Notes under the pieces: model-generated
What the model was told of the DNA's origin: nothing
Database searches by the model: none
The model's input: only the letters and a program-made list of their open reading frames with translations
Program-made: the position numbers and the translations under genes
Source: Podarcis liolepis
Lineage: Eukaryota
Length of the DNA: 64,000 nt
Assembly (NCBI GenBank): GCA_965112155.1
Contig: OZ218105.1
Reading direction: 5' to 3' (one strand)
Part shown: in pieces, positions 25,298 to 38,595 of the stretch
How positions within the stretch are numbered: the stretch's first letter is position 1
How the letters are laid out: every line of letters begins with the position of its first letter

Positions 25298-25401
<104 letters not shown>

Positions 25402-25541
25402 NNNNNNNNNNNNNNNNNNNNNNNNNNNNNNNNNNNNNNNNNNNNNNNNNNNNNNNNNNNNNNNNNNNNNNNNNNNNNNNNNNNNNNNNNNNNNNNNNNN
25501 NNNNNNNNNNNNNNNNNNNNNNNNNNNNNNNNNNNNNNNNN
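25402..25541. other. N-run hiding the 5' part of exon 16
   Basis: Seen directly. Confidence 0.99.
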
Positions 25542-26439
25542 CTAAAGGTTTTATTAATAAAACTGCGAGCCTGTTTCCAGTTCCCTATACAATGTCTATG
25601 GATTTTATAAGTGAAGAAATATTTACATAGCTGCATTTGCTTAGCTAAAAATAACATGGAAAATATGGAAGCGCAAATGAACAATGAACCCAAAAGCTTC
25701 CAGCAAACAAGTTTCACAACAACAAAGAGGTGCCAAGCCAGAAGTCATAACAAATTAGGGGGGAAGGAGTGATTGAATAATTAATTAGTAAATTAAGGAT
25801 ATAAAGACAATATCTAACAGCTAGGTTGAAAGATGTAATGGCAAAGCCAATCCTTTTTCAAAAAGGGTCTTAGAAACCTATCAGTATTAACAGTCAAAGT
25901 GCAATAGTAATAGTTCATTACGGTAGCAGTATTCTGATGATAAACACATTCTAATTTAAATATCCCAAATTTTTACAAGGCAAAGATTAGTGTGAGGCAA
26001 AATGGACACTTGTTAGCTTACAAAGTGAGGAACAAGCAGTCTACATAAATTTGGTATGCTCGGGCCTTAGGGGGTCCCAACAGAAACACTTATGACCCCT
26101 TCCAAAGGGACATTTATTAAAAAATTTCAGGGGAGACCCCCAGAAATACTATGCATTCTAATGTTAATGCCAAGTCTTTAGAGGCAGCATTGTCCAATAG
26201 CCATGGGTCCACTTTTGGTCCAAACAGGCATTATCACTTTTCCAGCAGGGAGTGCCTGACAGTTGGATCAAGCATAAGTAACAACCCATTTTCTGACTAT
26301 TTCCTGCCCATGTTTCATGTTCATTAGCACTGCAGACAGTTGTGCTGATGTTGCTTGTTCCTATTAAAACACACACTCAAGTTTGTATCCTATTTCAATG
26401 AAAACACACATGTGGTGTTAATGAAGTTTCTGATCAGTA

Positions 26440-26617
26440 CAGAAAACATAGAAATCAGTCTTATATGAAGTCAGACCATTGGACTATCTGGCTCAACACT
26501 GACTGGAAGTGACTCTTCAGGTTTTTAAAGAAGAATCTTTCCCAGTCCTACCTAGAGATGCCAAAGACTGAATCTGGTGCTTTGCATGAATGACAGGTGC
26601 TCTATCACTAAGCTACC
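26440..26617 (-). mobile_element. tRNA-derived squamate SINE (Squam3-like)
   Basis: Reverse strand opens with an A-box-like GGTAGCTTAGTGATAGAGCA and ends in a CR1-like tail (CAATGGTCTGAC...TTCTATGTTTCT). Confidence 0.65.
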
Positions 26618-26989
26618 TTTCCTTAAGTAGTTAGAAAGCAATACCCTTTTAAAGCCAGAGTAATACCACCACATTCTACCAACAAAGTACACTGAAGTTT
26701 ATGACGCACGGTGGCAGCTAGGCCATATTGTGCCTCTAAGGGGAAAGAACTAGTCTCCATAATTCCTAAAATATTGTTATGGAGGATGCTTTGCCAACCA
26801 GTCTTGCCAACTTCAGTAGAGAGGAGATAAAGCAAGAGGAGATAAGTAAAGCAAGTGATTATTTTCAGGTTACTCCTACTTAAGACATGCCAGAGACTCT
26901 TGCAGTAAAAATGCAGGAAATTATTTATGTCCCAAATTGTACTGCCGGTTTTAGTATTTACATGTTTCCTTTCCTCAGAGGCATTTAGA

Positions 26990-27092
26990 ATGACAACTGA
27001 GTGAGAGATAATGTCTTGCTCTGGGAGCTTTAGTGTTGAGCAAGGATTTGAACCTGGGTTTCCAACATACTAGCCACTCACCACTCTGGCTC
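26990..27092 (-). mobile_element. SINE tRNA-like head fragment
   Basis: Reverse strand GAGCCAGAGTGGTGAGTGGCTAG...CCAGGTTCAAATCC (A and B boxes). Confidence 0.55.
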
Positions 27093-28189
27093 TGCAGAAG
27101 CGTATACACACTGGAGGGTTGCCATGACTATCCTGTGCTCTAGCCTGTCTGACTGGCTCAAATCATACACAAATTATAGTAACTTGCTAAGAGTCTAAGA
27201 CGAAATAAGGCGAACCAACCAAGTATCTTCAGCTATAATTATCTATATCATATAAAAAAGACACAGCAAAATCTTCCTCTGATTGTTCCGGTGTCCTCAT
27301 ATGTCTAGAAAGTACTGCCTTGTAAAAAGTCAGCTTCACATTGAGCATCTCACACTACTGACTCAATATTTAATTCTGACAATTTTCCAGCCATTAACTT
27401 TTATAGCAGGGGTGGCTAACACAGTTGATCAGAAAAGCTTTGCTATGATAGTAACATGCTTCTTTAAGAAACAAACCAACTGCATATAAATATGTTAATT
27501 ATCGATCAACAAGATAAACATGAACACACACACTTTATGGAAAGCAGGAATGTGTTACAAGTTTGAAACTCTCTCTTCTCTAGTGGAACTGGAGGACTCG
27601 CATCTTATTTACATCTGATAAGTAGTAATTAAGACTAAAACATTAGCACAAAGCATGTACAAACATGCATTTCATTTGCAAACATAGCAAGTTATGTGGT
27701 GGAAACATAAATATAAAGAACATTTATGCTATAGTCTTTTATTTTGCCACATTTAAGTGTATGTGTGCATCTTCTGAAATAGAACACTGATAGCAGGACT
27801 TTTATCAGCTTAGTTAAATTAACTTTGTCAAAATAAGTTTTAGAAGATCAGCTGCCAACATGTTGTTCCTATTTTCTATTTGGATCTCTCACATACAGTC
27901 CTAGTACCACTTGTGCTATTACAACCAATTTTTGAGGTTTTAATGTAACTGGGGGGAAGGTTTAGACACCGAAAACACATCCAAGAAATTGTCCCTCAAC
28001 AACAAGGTTTTCAAAGCAGGGATAATCCATTTAAATAAGCAACAAACCAAACCCCTTAATATTGAGTTTTAGAGCATTTTAAATGTACAATAACTATAAA
28101 ACTATTATACCTCAGGTATCCGCAGCCTATGGAGGGATAAAAATATTTTATAACTCAGACAAGGTGTTACTAGCCAGCTGAGCAGCAAG

Positions 28190-29660
28190 GCCATTTTATT
28201 TATTTAATTAATTGCAGAACATCCATATACTGTTTAATGGTAATAAAACTTCAAAGCAGTTTATGAAAAGAATAAAAACAATAAAATGACCAGTTAAAAA
28301 CAGTAAAAGCAAGAATTTACAACTTTCAAAAATAACTGAAATGAACAATAAGCTAAAAACAGATTAAAACGCACGACAACTTCTACATGTCTGGAAAGGG
28401 TTGCATTTTTTTTTTTAAAAAAAAGCTTTTTAGCAGGCACCAAAAAGAGTACAGTAAAGGTGTCTGCCTGACACCAATAGACAGGGAGTTTCAAAACATA
28501 GGTGCTGCCACACTAAAGATCAATTTCTTGTGAGTGCCAAACAAGTATTATGTGGCACCTGCAACAGTGCCAGTTCTGCAGATAGAAGCGGTCGGGTGGG
28601 CATTTGTAGGGTAAAATGATCTCACAAGGGACCTGCTCCCAAGTTGTTAAGGGCTTTATATATTTATAGTAACATCTTGAACTTGGCCTGGTTGAAGATC
28701 AGCAACCAGTGCAGGTCTCTGAGCAGAGGTGTTATATGCTGACAGGGTCTCACTCTTGTCAGCAATCATGTTGCATCATTCTGCACTAACTATAGCTTTC
28801 TGAACAAGCACAAGGGAAGCCCCACACAGAGCACACTGCAGTAATCCAAACTTGAAGTAAGCAATGTCGGAAGTACTGTAGCCAAGATCCTGCACCCCAT
28901 AAACGGCCCTAGCTGTCATACCAGTGACAGCTGGTAAAGGTGCTTCTAGCCTCCAGTGACAAGCTGCCTCCAGAAGTACCTCCAGACTGTGAAGGTGCAA
29001 CCCCATTCAGGGCCCAAGGGGTCCAGAGCTGGTTTCTTTAGAAGTGGCCATGCCACCACCTCTTTCAAGGCAGAAGGGATTATTCACTCACGCAGTGAAA
29101 CATTAGCCACTCTCTGTACCCAACCAGTCAGACCAGGTTTAATAAGAAAGGAGGGACAGGGGTCAAGAGGGCACATGGTTGAAAACATATTGCTGCCAGC
29201 ACCTTGTCCACATCAGCTGACTGTATAAACTGAAACCAATCCCACAACACATTATCAATTCTGGCACTGAGTACTTCAACTGGGGCTGCAGGAAGTGCAG
29301 AGTCACGATCACTCTGAAGTTGAGCTACCTCAAAGTGTGTTGCCAGTTGGTCACAGTGGGTCCTCAAATGCTCCAGAGGTTTCTTTCCCACAGTGGGGGT
29401 CAGTAAGCTCCAGACTGTCCCAAAAAACTCCACTGGCCAGCTACTAGAGGCTGCAATGCATGCTGAAAAATGAGCCTTCTTCGTAGCCTGCACTGCCACA
29501 TAGTAGGTACGATTATGTGCTCTAACCGGGTTCAGTCACGCTTCAGAGCGAGACTTATGCCACTTGCAACAGGCTATAAAACTCATACCTCAGGAACCCT
29601 CAGCCTACAGAGGGATAAAAAACATTTCATAGCTCAGAGAAAGTGTTCCTAGCCACCTTC
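28190..29660 (-). mobile_element. L2-clade LINE, about 1.5 kb, internally deleted
   Basis: A/T-rich tail near 28195-28300; decayed ORF2 remnants (LDYCSVL near 28830-28850; ORF 29128..29499); boundaries approximate. Confidence 0.78.
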
Positions 29661-29808
29661 CCTCCCCTACAACTCGGATGGAATTAGTAACAGCTGAGCA
29701 GCAAGGGTAGCTTGCATATGCAGCTCACTTAGGGAGGAATGTGATTAAATGGTATACAGGTTTTTGAAATATTGTTTCTATTATTGTACCATATCAAACT
29801 CTTTAAAT

Positions 29809-29890
29809 GGCCAGTGTGGTGTAGCAAGGCAGGAACAAGGATTTAAATCTTTGCTCAAACATATAATTTACTGGGTAGCACTAGGCAGGC
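29809..29890 (+). mobile_element. Degraded SINE head
   Basis: GGCCAGTGTGGTGTAG...GATTTAAATC...ACTGGGT; resembles 51891. Confidence 0.45.
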
Positions 29891-31277
29891 AAATACTAAA
29901 TATTGGCTAAAAAAAATTAAATAAGGGGTAGAACCAAATCCAAGAGTACGAACAGCATGAAGGCTGAGCATAAGCACAAAACTTCAGTATGCTGGCTAGC
30001 CTACCATTTGCCTCCCTTCATTCTAGGTCTGAATGGAGAAAAGGAAATTGGAATCAGGGATGCGACACCCCACCCCTGAATCTTCTCTTTTAAAAAAAAT
30101 AAATCATGGTGGGTAGTTAATTGGGACTAGACAATAAAAGCACTTCCCACCCCCAGCAAGGGCTATTTAAGCTGCTAAGAAAGTAGTCCCATTTGGAGGT
30201 TGTGTACCTGATGAATGGTTCATAAGTTAAAGACCTTCAAATCCTCTATTCACGGGAAGATTTAAGGATGGCTGCTACATCCTAAACCTGAATGGTCTAT
30301 GGGGATTTCCCCATTGTTTATTCTATCACTATAACCCTACAATTCTTTGCAATCCCACAATGTATTTTAAACTGCAAAACTGCAGTAAAGAGGAATTGTA
30401 TTTCCAGTCCATACACAGAATGTGTACTGACCAGGCATGGTCTCTGCAGCCTCCCCGCCTCAATAGTAATGACAGTATTTTACACGCTCTCTGCTAAAGT
30501 ATGTCTGTTTTTTTCCTATCTATCCTGGGCACAATCCCAGTCTGCTGTCACCCTGACTCAGTTCCCAGTGTAGAATGCAGCTCACTTCTGCAGTAGAAAC
30601 AGAGAAATTCCACTTAGCATCCTCAATGACTGCAGCCTCTAAGAGGGAGCGCAGCAAGGCAAATATTGAGTTAGGTGTTGCACTTGCTGTGGGAAGCTAG
30701 CTGGACATCAAAGTGAAATGGGATCCTGACACCTGCAACCACAATACCAATAGGATCAGGATGGTAGCCACCAATGGCTAGCTGTGGTAGATTGTTAGCT
30801 ATGGTGGTGAAGGCTGAATTTTTCCCAGTACTGGAAGAGGAAAGGTGAGTCTCTCAACAGCTACGCTGTTTCTGTCATGACTGAACAGACGGGGTTGTCC
30901 TTTTCTCCATCACTTAACATCATGTCACAAAGAAGCCACACAGCATTTCCTAGGACACCAGAGAGTCCTGCCTCAGTGCGGTCATAGTTTCCAATGCATG
31001 AGGACGTGCATGTAAATTGCAGTAGATCTAATCAATCTCACATAGCTAGAAATTATTGCTGCTGCCTAGAGCTCTGAGAATTCATTCCTGTCCTATTACC
31101 CTTTTAGTGTTTTGAGAGTTACGAGAGGCCTAGGTCCTGATACTCTGGTCTAAAATGCAAAAGGAAAATTTAGCAAAATATATTCAGCTCAACTGAAAAA
31201 CGCTTTCTAGTTTTTATTCACACATACCAAACGCCCCTCATTGTTTTCTTTTTTTTTAAAAAAAAAGTCAGTCCTAC

Positions 31278-31533
31278 CATTGATAAGGTATGGATGATTG
31301 CAGCATTTTCTTAATTCCATCATAGTGTTTAAGAGATTGGGTACATTCGCTTGACCACCACCTTTTGACAAAAAAGTGAAATTCTTTTCAAGAATGGCTC
31401 TGTAGTATTTCTTCTGAATATTTGTCAATTCAACTTCAATTATGGTTTCCTCCTTGGGTGCAAGGTTCTTTTCAACATCTTCTTTGAGTCGTCTCAACAT
31501 CATTGGTTTCAAGATAGCTTGGAGTTTTTGCAC
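31278..31533 (-). CDS. CHD7: CHD7 exon 15 ([17 protein letters not shown]...CNHPYLING)
   Basis: actag|GTG, ATG|gtagga; 256 bp. Confidence 0.97.
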
Positions 31534-33400
31534 CTAGTTAAATAAATGAAGTTTAAAATAATAATCTTGCATACTCTTTTATATTTTGGTTCTATCCCCA
31601 CAGTGTAAATATTCTTTGTGATATCAGAAAGTTGAGACAGTGGGAGCCAGATGGACCACAACATTTATAACTTTTTGTCATATGGCAAGGGAGATGTACT
31701 GCTAAAGACAGTGTCCTGTGCTGACACCAATGGCTTCACTATAGGCAGAGGGGAGTGTCAGAATATAAGCAACAACTTTCAAGTATGCTCATGGCTCACC
31801 ACTTGTTTATAGATTTCCTGCCTGTCTTCCATGATGGAACTCTAGGAACTGTACTGATGTGACCTTGGCTAATACACCAATAAATTAAAATGTTATTAGC
31901 AACTTCAGTACCTAGCACTATTCATAATTTTGGTAAACTTTACTTGTTAATGCCTTCCTCAACTTTTCATACGATACTTAAACTTTGCACTACTTGTTAT
32001 TAGTTTGATTAGTGATTCATCTCCTAACTAAGATTAGAAGACTGGGAGTGTACAGTTGCCTCAAATTATCATCTTCCTTCTTTTCTTTCCTTGTCTATGC
32101 AAATTCAGTCACACTTGTTAATATAATAACACTTTTTCTGTGGTACCCTTTCTTTACATTCTATAATCAATCAGAAACCTATTTGTATGATTTAACATTT
32201 AGGTAATTAAGAAAGGAATTTATGGCTCTATAAGTAATTGCAGCAGGAACAGTTGAAATTCTGAAAGGAACACATAATAACATTCTAGTCAAATGACACT
32301 CCTGTATTAATGATTGTGAATCTATGGAAGGTACACTTTATGTATTGTTTAGTCCCCTGTATACAGCCACAGGTTTGAATTAAGCAAATTGTCTGAGAAA
32401 ATAAGAGTCTCCCTGATATGCACTAATTATGGTGCAGTGTCACATTTACATGGGTGCTAACCCTGACTAGCTTAAAGGAGGGTTTGCATAACAGTTTCTA
32501 GCCTTGCTTTTAAAGGTAACCATTGTGCAGATATAATGCTGTGCTATTCAACATGATTGCACAGGAAAGTTTTTCTAAGTTCTAGAGCTTAATTTTGTTC
32601 TCTCTCTTATGTAAGCATGTTATGTGGAAGCAAGTTCTATGGGTTACAAATAGGTCCCAATGTTCGTTATTATGTGCAAATAAACAAGCAAATATGTAAT
32701 ATTATTCTGCATAGGTCTGCATAATTGTTTACTATATTGGAATGTAAGATACTGAAATTGTTAGTATTTATTAAATTTGTTAGTCAATTTATCTTGCCCA
32801 AGGCAACCCAAAGTGACAAACAAACAAACAAACAAACAAACAAACAAGCAAACCATATAGATACATTAAAACAAAGGGTTGGGGGATTAGGTTTGGCATT
32901 CCAGTCAATGGACTGTCAAATATTTCACACAGCTAAGAATGCCTCATTGCAGGTGGAAGTTCTTTTTTTCTCTTTTCATTATGGTTTAATTTGTTAGCAA
33001 GGTCAGCAGTGAAGCGTGCTTCCCCCTAGTCTTGCAGAGGTCAAGGGCAAATATAGAGCACAGCAAAGCTTCTACTGGCCACCTGCTATAACTGCTGGCA
33101 CCTCCAGAAAGCAACAGGAAAAGCACTAATCAATGGCAAAGGTCACCTGAATTCAATCTTATTTGATACACGACCCACAGAGTATACCCTCCAGTTGAAG
33201 CTGTAACTTGTCTACTTGATCTCCTGTTCTTAATAAAAAGTGGTTCTTGGTTTTTAATTTGCTTTATTTCTGTTTAGAGTTCAGTTTTTACAACAAGAGC
33301 AACAACAACAGGTGGATCTTAGTATTCCAAAATAAAAGCAAAAGAGAAATGTTATGCAAATTGTTCACTTTTATTGAGAATTTCCTTGAATTTTAAAAAG

Positions 33401-33456
33401 TTTTTAAAAGTTGTATTTCTTTTTTCACATTTTTAAAAGTTGTATTTCTTTTTTCA
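33401..33456. repeat. Local tandem duplication of TTTTTAAAAGTTGTATTTCTTTTTTCA
   Basis: Two adjacent near-identical copies. Confidence 0.85.
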
Positions 33457-33823
33457 GAAGTTAATTAATTTGTTTTTAGTCTCAGTATTATACTCTGCAT
33501 AGATAAGTCATGTTCAAATACTACTTCCTTTCCTCTGGAATGAGTCTCAGGCTCAAGTACTTGAGATTAGCTAAACTGAACATCAGAAATTTAGTCAGCC
33601 TTCAGAGGATATTTACCATCTGGCATGCCATGCTTCACTCAGCCCACCACCACTCTGGACCAGTGACTGTTTCAGGGGTTGCCAGGAGGGCTTTGTCCCC
33701 CACTGTGTAAGTGATCATGTGGGAGCAGAGAAAATGGTTCTGAAGAAGCTTAAAGCCACACAAGTTTTGGAGCAATCAGCAATTGTTTCATATAGTGAAG
33801 TAAATTAATACTGGGTGATTTAC

Positions 33824-33967
33824 CTGTTCTTCAGTTTTCAGATCACCAAACTCTTGCATGAAAGTAGTTTCTGAAGGAAAACGAGTTGGTTCCAAGAAAT
33901 GAAGCAAGCTGAAGAGCTCCTCAACAGTGTTTTGTAATGGAGTACCTGTAAGCAGCACTTTGTGTTC
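33824..33967 (-). CDS. CHD7: CHD7 exon 14 ([13 protein letters not shown]...KTEEQ)
   Basis: tgcag|GAA, CAG|gtaaat; 144 bp. Confidence 0.97.
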
Positions 33968-34139
33968 CTGCAAGAAACAAAGACTCTGGAATAGTCTACA
34001 ATCCTGAACTCTGAAGCTGCATATTCTTCCAAGATAAGTTTTCTAGTTTCTATCCTAAAATTATTAGGCTGTATTTATAATCTATGCATATATTTCATAT
34101 TTTCCAATTCCAGAAGCTTTAATAAAATGCTTTATTTGT

Positions 34140-34198
34140 GGTAGGCTGTTGGACCAGATGACCTTCAAGGTCTCTTCTAGATTTTATCATTCTGTGTG
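34140..34198 (+). mobile_element. CR1 LINE 3'-terminal remnant
   Basis: GTTGGACCAGATGACCTTCAAGGTC...ATTCTGTG. Confidence 0.65.
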
Positions 34199-34650
34199 AA
34201 TGGTTTAGGTTGTCAGCTGGGTGCTTGTAGCATGGAATGGTAGCTTCAGTTGCGTAGACTCCTTATTTCTATTCCAGTGAACACACAAATCTGTGACATA
34301 GGTCTACTCATCTGTCACTGACAGTCATCCACCTCTAAGGTAGTGGTGAAGCTTGAACTAATCACAATATAGGATACCATAGCATATCCATATTGCCTAA
34401 ATAATGCATCTTTGACCCTTACAAGCTGCAATTTCAAAGCATTTTGGAGCTTGAGTCAGCACGGAAAGCTCTTAACACAACATGTTAAATGAAAAAGGAT
34501 TTTTGTTAATTGATCTCTGCATTTTCATAATATTATATTGAAAAAGAGAAGAGAAGTAAAGCCATCTGAAACATAAACCCGCTTTCCCATCGGATTAATG
34601 GGATGGTCTGTACAGACATCTCTTGGAGCTTTGAGAGTATTAGTACTCAC

Positions 34651-34827
34651 CAGGTCCATCATCTTGAGCCCTTCCAACAGTTTGCAGTTTCTGTTTTTCA
34701 GCCTGTGAGCTTCATCGATTACTACACAGCGCCATGGAATGTTACGGAGCTCAGGACAATCAGTCAAAATCATTTCAAATGTAGTGATGATGGCATGAAA
34801 TTTGTATGACCCCTTAACTGCACGACC
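34651..34827 (-). CDS. CHD7: CHD7 exon 13 ([10 protein letters not shown]...DEAH...KMMDL)
   Basis: tttag|GGT, CTG|gtgagt; 177 bp. Confidence 0.97.
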
Positions 34828-34945
34828 CTAAAAGTACAGAAAGCATTTTATCAGGTTACACAACACTGAAAATGAATCAACCTATTATCATCTACCAAAA
34901 TTACCTATTATCATCTACCAAAATATATTCATGTGTTACTGATTG

Positions 34946-34980
34946 ATGCTTTTCGGCCTTTTGACTAAGCTCAAGTGTAG
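34946..34980 (+). pseudogene. U2 snRNA 5' fragment (about nt 1-36), 3'-truncated pseudogene
   Basis: AT-GCTTTTCGGCCTTTTGACTAAGCTCAAGTGTAG versus U2 ATCGCTTCTCGGCCTTTTGGCTAAGATCAAGTGTAG: 32/36 by eye; similarity ends after GTGTAG. Confidence 0.85.
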
Positions 34981-35704
34981 ACGCAACAGTATGTTATTTA
35001 GAATGAACAGAATATGCTGAATGCTGGACCTCACTGAGAAACAGGACACTGTACTGCAACAGAACTATGCAATGCTGGAGCACTCAGGCAAATGAGCTGA
35101 GAAGGGTGGACACTTTCAAAGAATCCGTAAAAACATGGCATAGATAGAATAGGTTTGGAACTAGAGAAGAGACAAGATACATGAGCTAAAATCTGCAGAA
35201 GCAGAAGAGGTATGAGCTTGTTCTAACCACTCCCCTGCTCATGCCTGCCTTCTTCTGGGCTCTCTGTCCACCTGGCTCACTGTGCCATGTCTGCCTTCTT
35301 TGCCAAGTGGCAATTTGTGCTGTTATGTGCAGCACCCAGAGGTGTGGTTCAGAGAGGCTATGGAAAGCGGAGAGGTAGGCACACACATGAGCCTGGAGGC
35401 CTGAATATGGGATGTATGGTTAGAACACCTTTCTGAAGAATGCTACGCTGCTCTTGCTGCCATGCTCCATGGCTGAGCTCATACATGCAACTCTCTGTCC
35501 CCCTCCCCATCACAAAGTGGGGCAGAAGGAATGGATAATAGAAAGGATGAAACAGGGGGCACAACCAAGTCCTCATACAATAAGGTAGAGGGCTACATGT
35601 GGTCCTAGGCTGCCCATGTCTACCTTAAATAATAGAGGATAATGATCCAGAATAAAGTATACAAGAAAGAAGTCATATGTTATTATTAGAGTAGAAACAT
35701 TTAC

Positions 35705-35948
35705 CTGTGGGTCTTTGAAATACATTTCATACAACTGAATGGTCTTTCGACTGGCTTGACTCCCATGATATACAACAACATTCAACTCTGTCCAGGTACG
35801 GAATTCCCTTTCCCAGTTGGGAATTGTGGACAATGGGGCAATAACCAAAAAAGGACCATGGATTCCTTTTAAATATATCTCATAGAGAAATGTAATAGAT
35901 TGGATCGTCTTTCCCAATCCCATTTCATCTGCTAAAATGCAGTTTCGC
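35705..35948 (-). CDS. CHD7: CHD7 exon 12 ([14 protein letters not shown]...FKDPQ), ATPase motif I
   Basis: tccag|GCG, CAG|gtaaat; 244 bp. Confidence 0.97.
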
Positions 35949-35956
35949 CTGGAATA

Positions 35957-36007
<51 letters not shown>

Positions 36008-36065
36008 TTATTATTTATATCCCGCCCATCTGGCTGAGTTTCCCCAGCCACTCTGGGTGGCTTCT
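35957..36065 (-). mobile_element. L2-related retroposon 3' end with (TTA)17 tail
   Basis: Reverse strand GAAGCCACCCAGAGTGGCTGGGGAAACTCAGCCAGATGGGCGGGATATAAATAATAAA then (TTA)n; related copy at 47623-47700. Confidence 0.75.
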
Positions 36066-36407
36066 AATCAAGTGTTAAAAACACACACATATATTCCATC
36101 ATAAAATAAAAAAATGTTCTCAAAAAAATGGAACTCCCACAATGCAACTGCTTTGCTTATTTGAATGTGGAAAGAATACTATTCTTTCAAAATAAGGAAG
36201 TTGTTACTATAAAGTATGTTTTTAAAATAATCTCTAGATTTTATATGAGCATGCAAAAGACACACACACACATATTCCATCATAAAATTTGCTATTTTAT
36301 ATAGCTGGGACATTTAAAATAATCACATTTTAAAATAGCGGTATATGTTAAACTTCAACAATTAAGCTATTCATTCTCTTCTTTTACAATGAAGTTGTAA
36401 CACGTAC

Positions 36408-36529
36408 GTGTTGTACCAATTGAAAAGAAGCCAGTTTACTCCTTCCAACTGGTATTCCCTGAGTTTGTTGTTGTTTTTATATTCCCTGGAACTTTCTGAC
36501 TTCTTCCAGTCATCAGCAGGAGGTCGCTC
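36408..36529 (-). CDS. CHD7: CHD7 exon 11 ([10 protein letters not shown]...[18 protein letters not shown])
   Basis: aacag|GAG, CAC|gtacgt; 122 bp. Confidence 0.95.
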
Positions 36530-36624
36530 CTGTTTCAAATACGGCAAAACACATTAGTGATCTACAAAAACCACATTATTATGTTATTTTTAAGTAACAT
36601 CATCTATTCAGAGCCAAATCTTAC

Positions 36625-36762
36625 CACACGTTCTGTTTCTGGCTGCCTGGACATAAGCTTCTCGAATTCTTCTATTTTAGCTTGGTCTATGTCTTGCTTT
36701 AATTCCCATGTGCTGTCTTCATATGGAAGTGAACACCATTTCACCAAATAATGAGTCACAGG
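36625..36762 (-). CDS. CHD7: CHD7 exon 10 ([20 protein letters not shown]...ETERV)
   Basis: caaag|CCT, GTG|gtaaga; 138 bp. Confidence 0.95.
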
Positions 36763-37967
36763 CTTTGTTTTTAATTAGGAAACAAAAATGAGATTAAGTG
36801 AGAAACAAAGCATAACTATACTGGAACTTTGCAGACCGAATAAGATTTACAATAAGACTTATTTCAATGCATTTTACTAACATTTTACCAGTGACAAAAA
36901 CAGTTCAACAACAAAGTGGCTGATATGTTGATACAATATTAGTATTTCATCATGAAACTGCAACATTTTTATTATATTGTATTTTTTTTCACTGCAAAAC
37001 AAAAATATTTTGAAGAAAATCCATACAAATAGTTACAAGATTTCCCCATAAATTTATAAGCAAAAATTTCCCAGCAGGCAACTTAAAATTATTAAGATTA
37101 CAGCTGTTGATTTATGACACTTTATTTAAATAAACAGTGATAAATAAAGTTTAACAGTTCCTTTATAAAACTACTTGCTCTTCTATTTAAAATAACCCAC
37201 TAGAGTTTCTTTGAAGAGATGCAGCTCAAGGAAAGTGGCTATAAAGGAATAACAAAATATTTAATTCATTGCCCAAAGCCTCCTTAACTGGCATCTACAT
37301 ACCATGATGATGAAATTGACATTTATTTTAACAATTACTTGGCTACCATATAATGCAGGACTTGAAGAAATGCTTGCATTGATTAACAAACGAGAACAAC
37401 ACTAAAAAGGAAAATTAGGGCTATTTCTAAATTTGAGAATACTTGGTACTTTAATATAGTGCCACATGTAGTTCATTAGCAAAATGAGATTCACCTTGTC
37501 AAACTTAATTTTTATAAGCTAAAGAGCAAAAATATTCAGATAAGACATGCCATACTATTATTGCAAAAAAATGTAATTATGATATCCTATAACTAGAAAG
37601 ATCAGTGCCATGAGACGGAAAAAACAGTGCTCAAATTGAAACAGTCTTCCTCTGTTTCTTGTCCCCATAAGAACATATATTCTGCTTTCTCTCTAGGCAT
37701 ATTCTTATCACCACTATTAAATGTAATATAAATAAGTAGGTAATGCAATGTTTTGACTAGCAAAGAAACGGATGTTTTCAAGCTGAATGCTTCTCTATTA
37801 TTCAGACTTCTATACCTATACACTAACAAAACCCATTAAGTATATCAATCTCTGTAACCAACATGGCAACATCTATCAACTACAAGCTAAACTAAAGAAT
37901 GTCATCTTGCTAATATTAGTTCTACAGAGCTACTTCATAAATACACACTTCTGTCAGGTTCCCTTAC

Positions 37968-38051
37968 CTCTCCATTATCATCCTTGCTATGTGAAATATC
38001 CATTATTCGATCAACTTCAACATAATCGGGATTAAAAAGTTCATCGTCTAT
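37968..38051 (-). CDS. CHD7: CHD7 exon 9 ([28 protein letters not shown]), chromodomain 2
   Basis: Read manually; aacag|ATA, GAG|gtaagg; 84 bp. Confidence 0.95.
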
Positions 38052-38595
38052 CTGTTTAAGAGGGAAAAGCATAAATAGAATATCAGAAATTTCTATTAGC
38101 AAATATTCTCAGAAAACAAAAAAAATGGGGGCCACAGTAATACGTAATGTATATTTGACAAATGTCAACACGTTAATTGAAATGCAACAATTCAGTAAGA
38201 TTGCTCCCCGTGAGGGAATCAGACTTCTCAGACTTTGTTAACTGGGCCTCTTAATTACTGTGTGAAACCTTTTACTGTGAGAGAATGTTTAAGAATATTT
38301 TAAATGAAGTGTGAAATTACAATTCACTAATGAGCAATCGAAAAGGCTTATAGCATGCAATGCATTTAGAATTCTTGAAGATTGCAGCTTGCAGTAAAAA
38401 AAAAAAAAAACTAGAGCCATGTATGCTAAGTGACATAAAAACGCAAGTACAGAAGTTGCATAATTGCTGTATAAAATAGATTATTATTCCTGAACAAGAG
38501 AATAAAAAGACCACTGCAAAATTCTCACTCTTTTCTCCTTCTCTATCTTTATCAGTAAGCTTCCTATTTATGATGTGTGCTCAAGTAATCCCTGA

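Noticed and set aside
34880-34924. Short tandem duplications (ACCTATTATCATCTACCAAAAT twice; also 12509-12543 and 33401-33456) as a CRISPR-like or functional array
   Set aside because: Two copies only, no spacers, eukaryotic intron; ordinary slippage duplications.
36763-36790. A-rich exon 10 acceptor with TTCCTAAT close to the AG, suggesting a U12-type intron
   Set aside because: The intron 9 donor is GTAAGG (U2-type), not GTATCCTT, and the branch motif is an imperfect U12 match.
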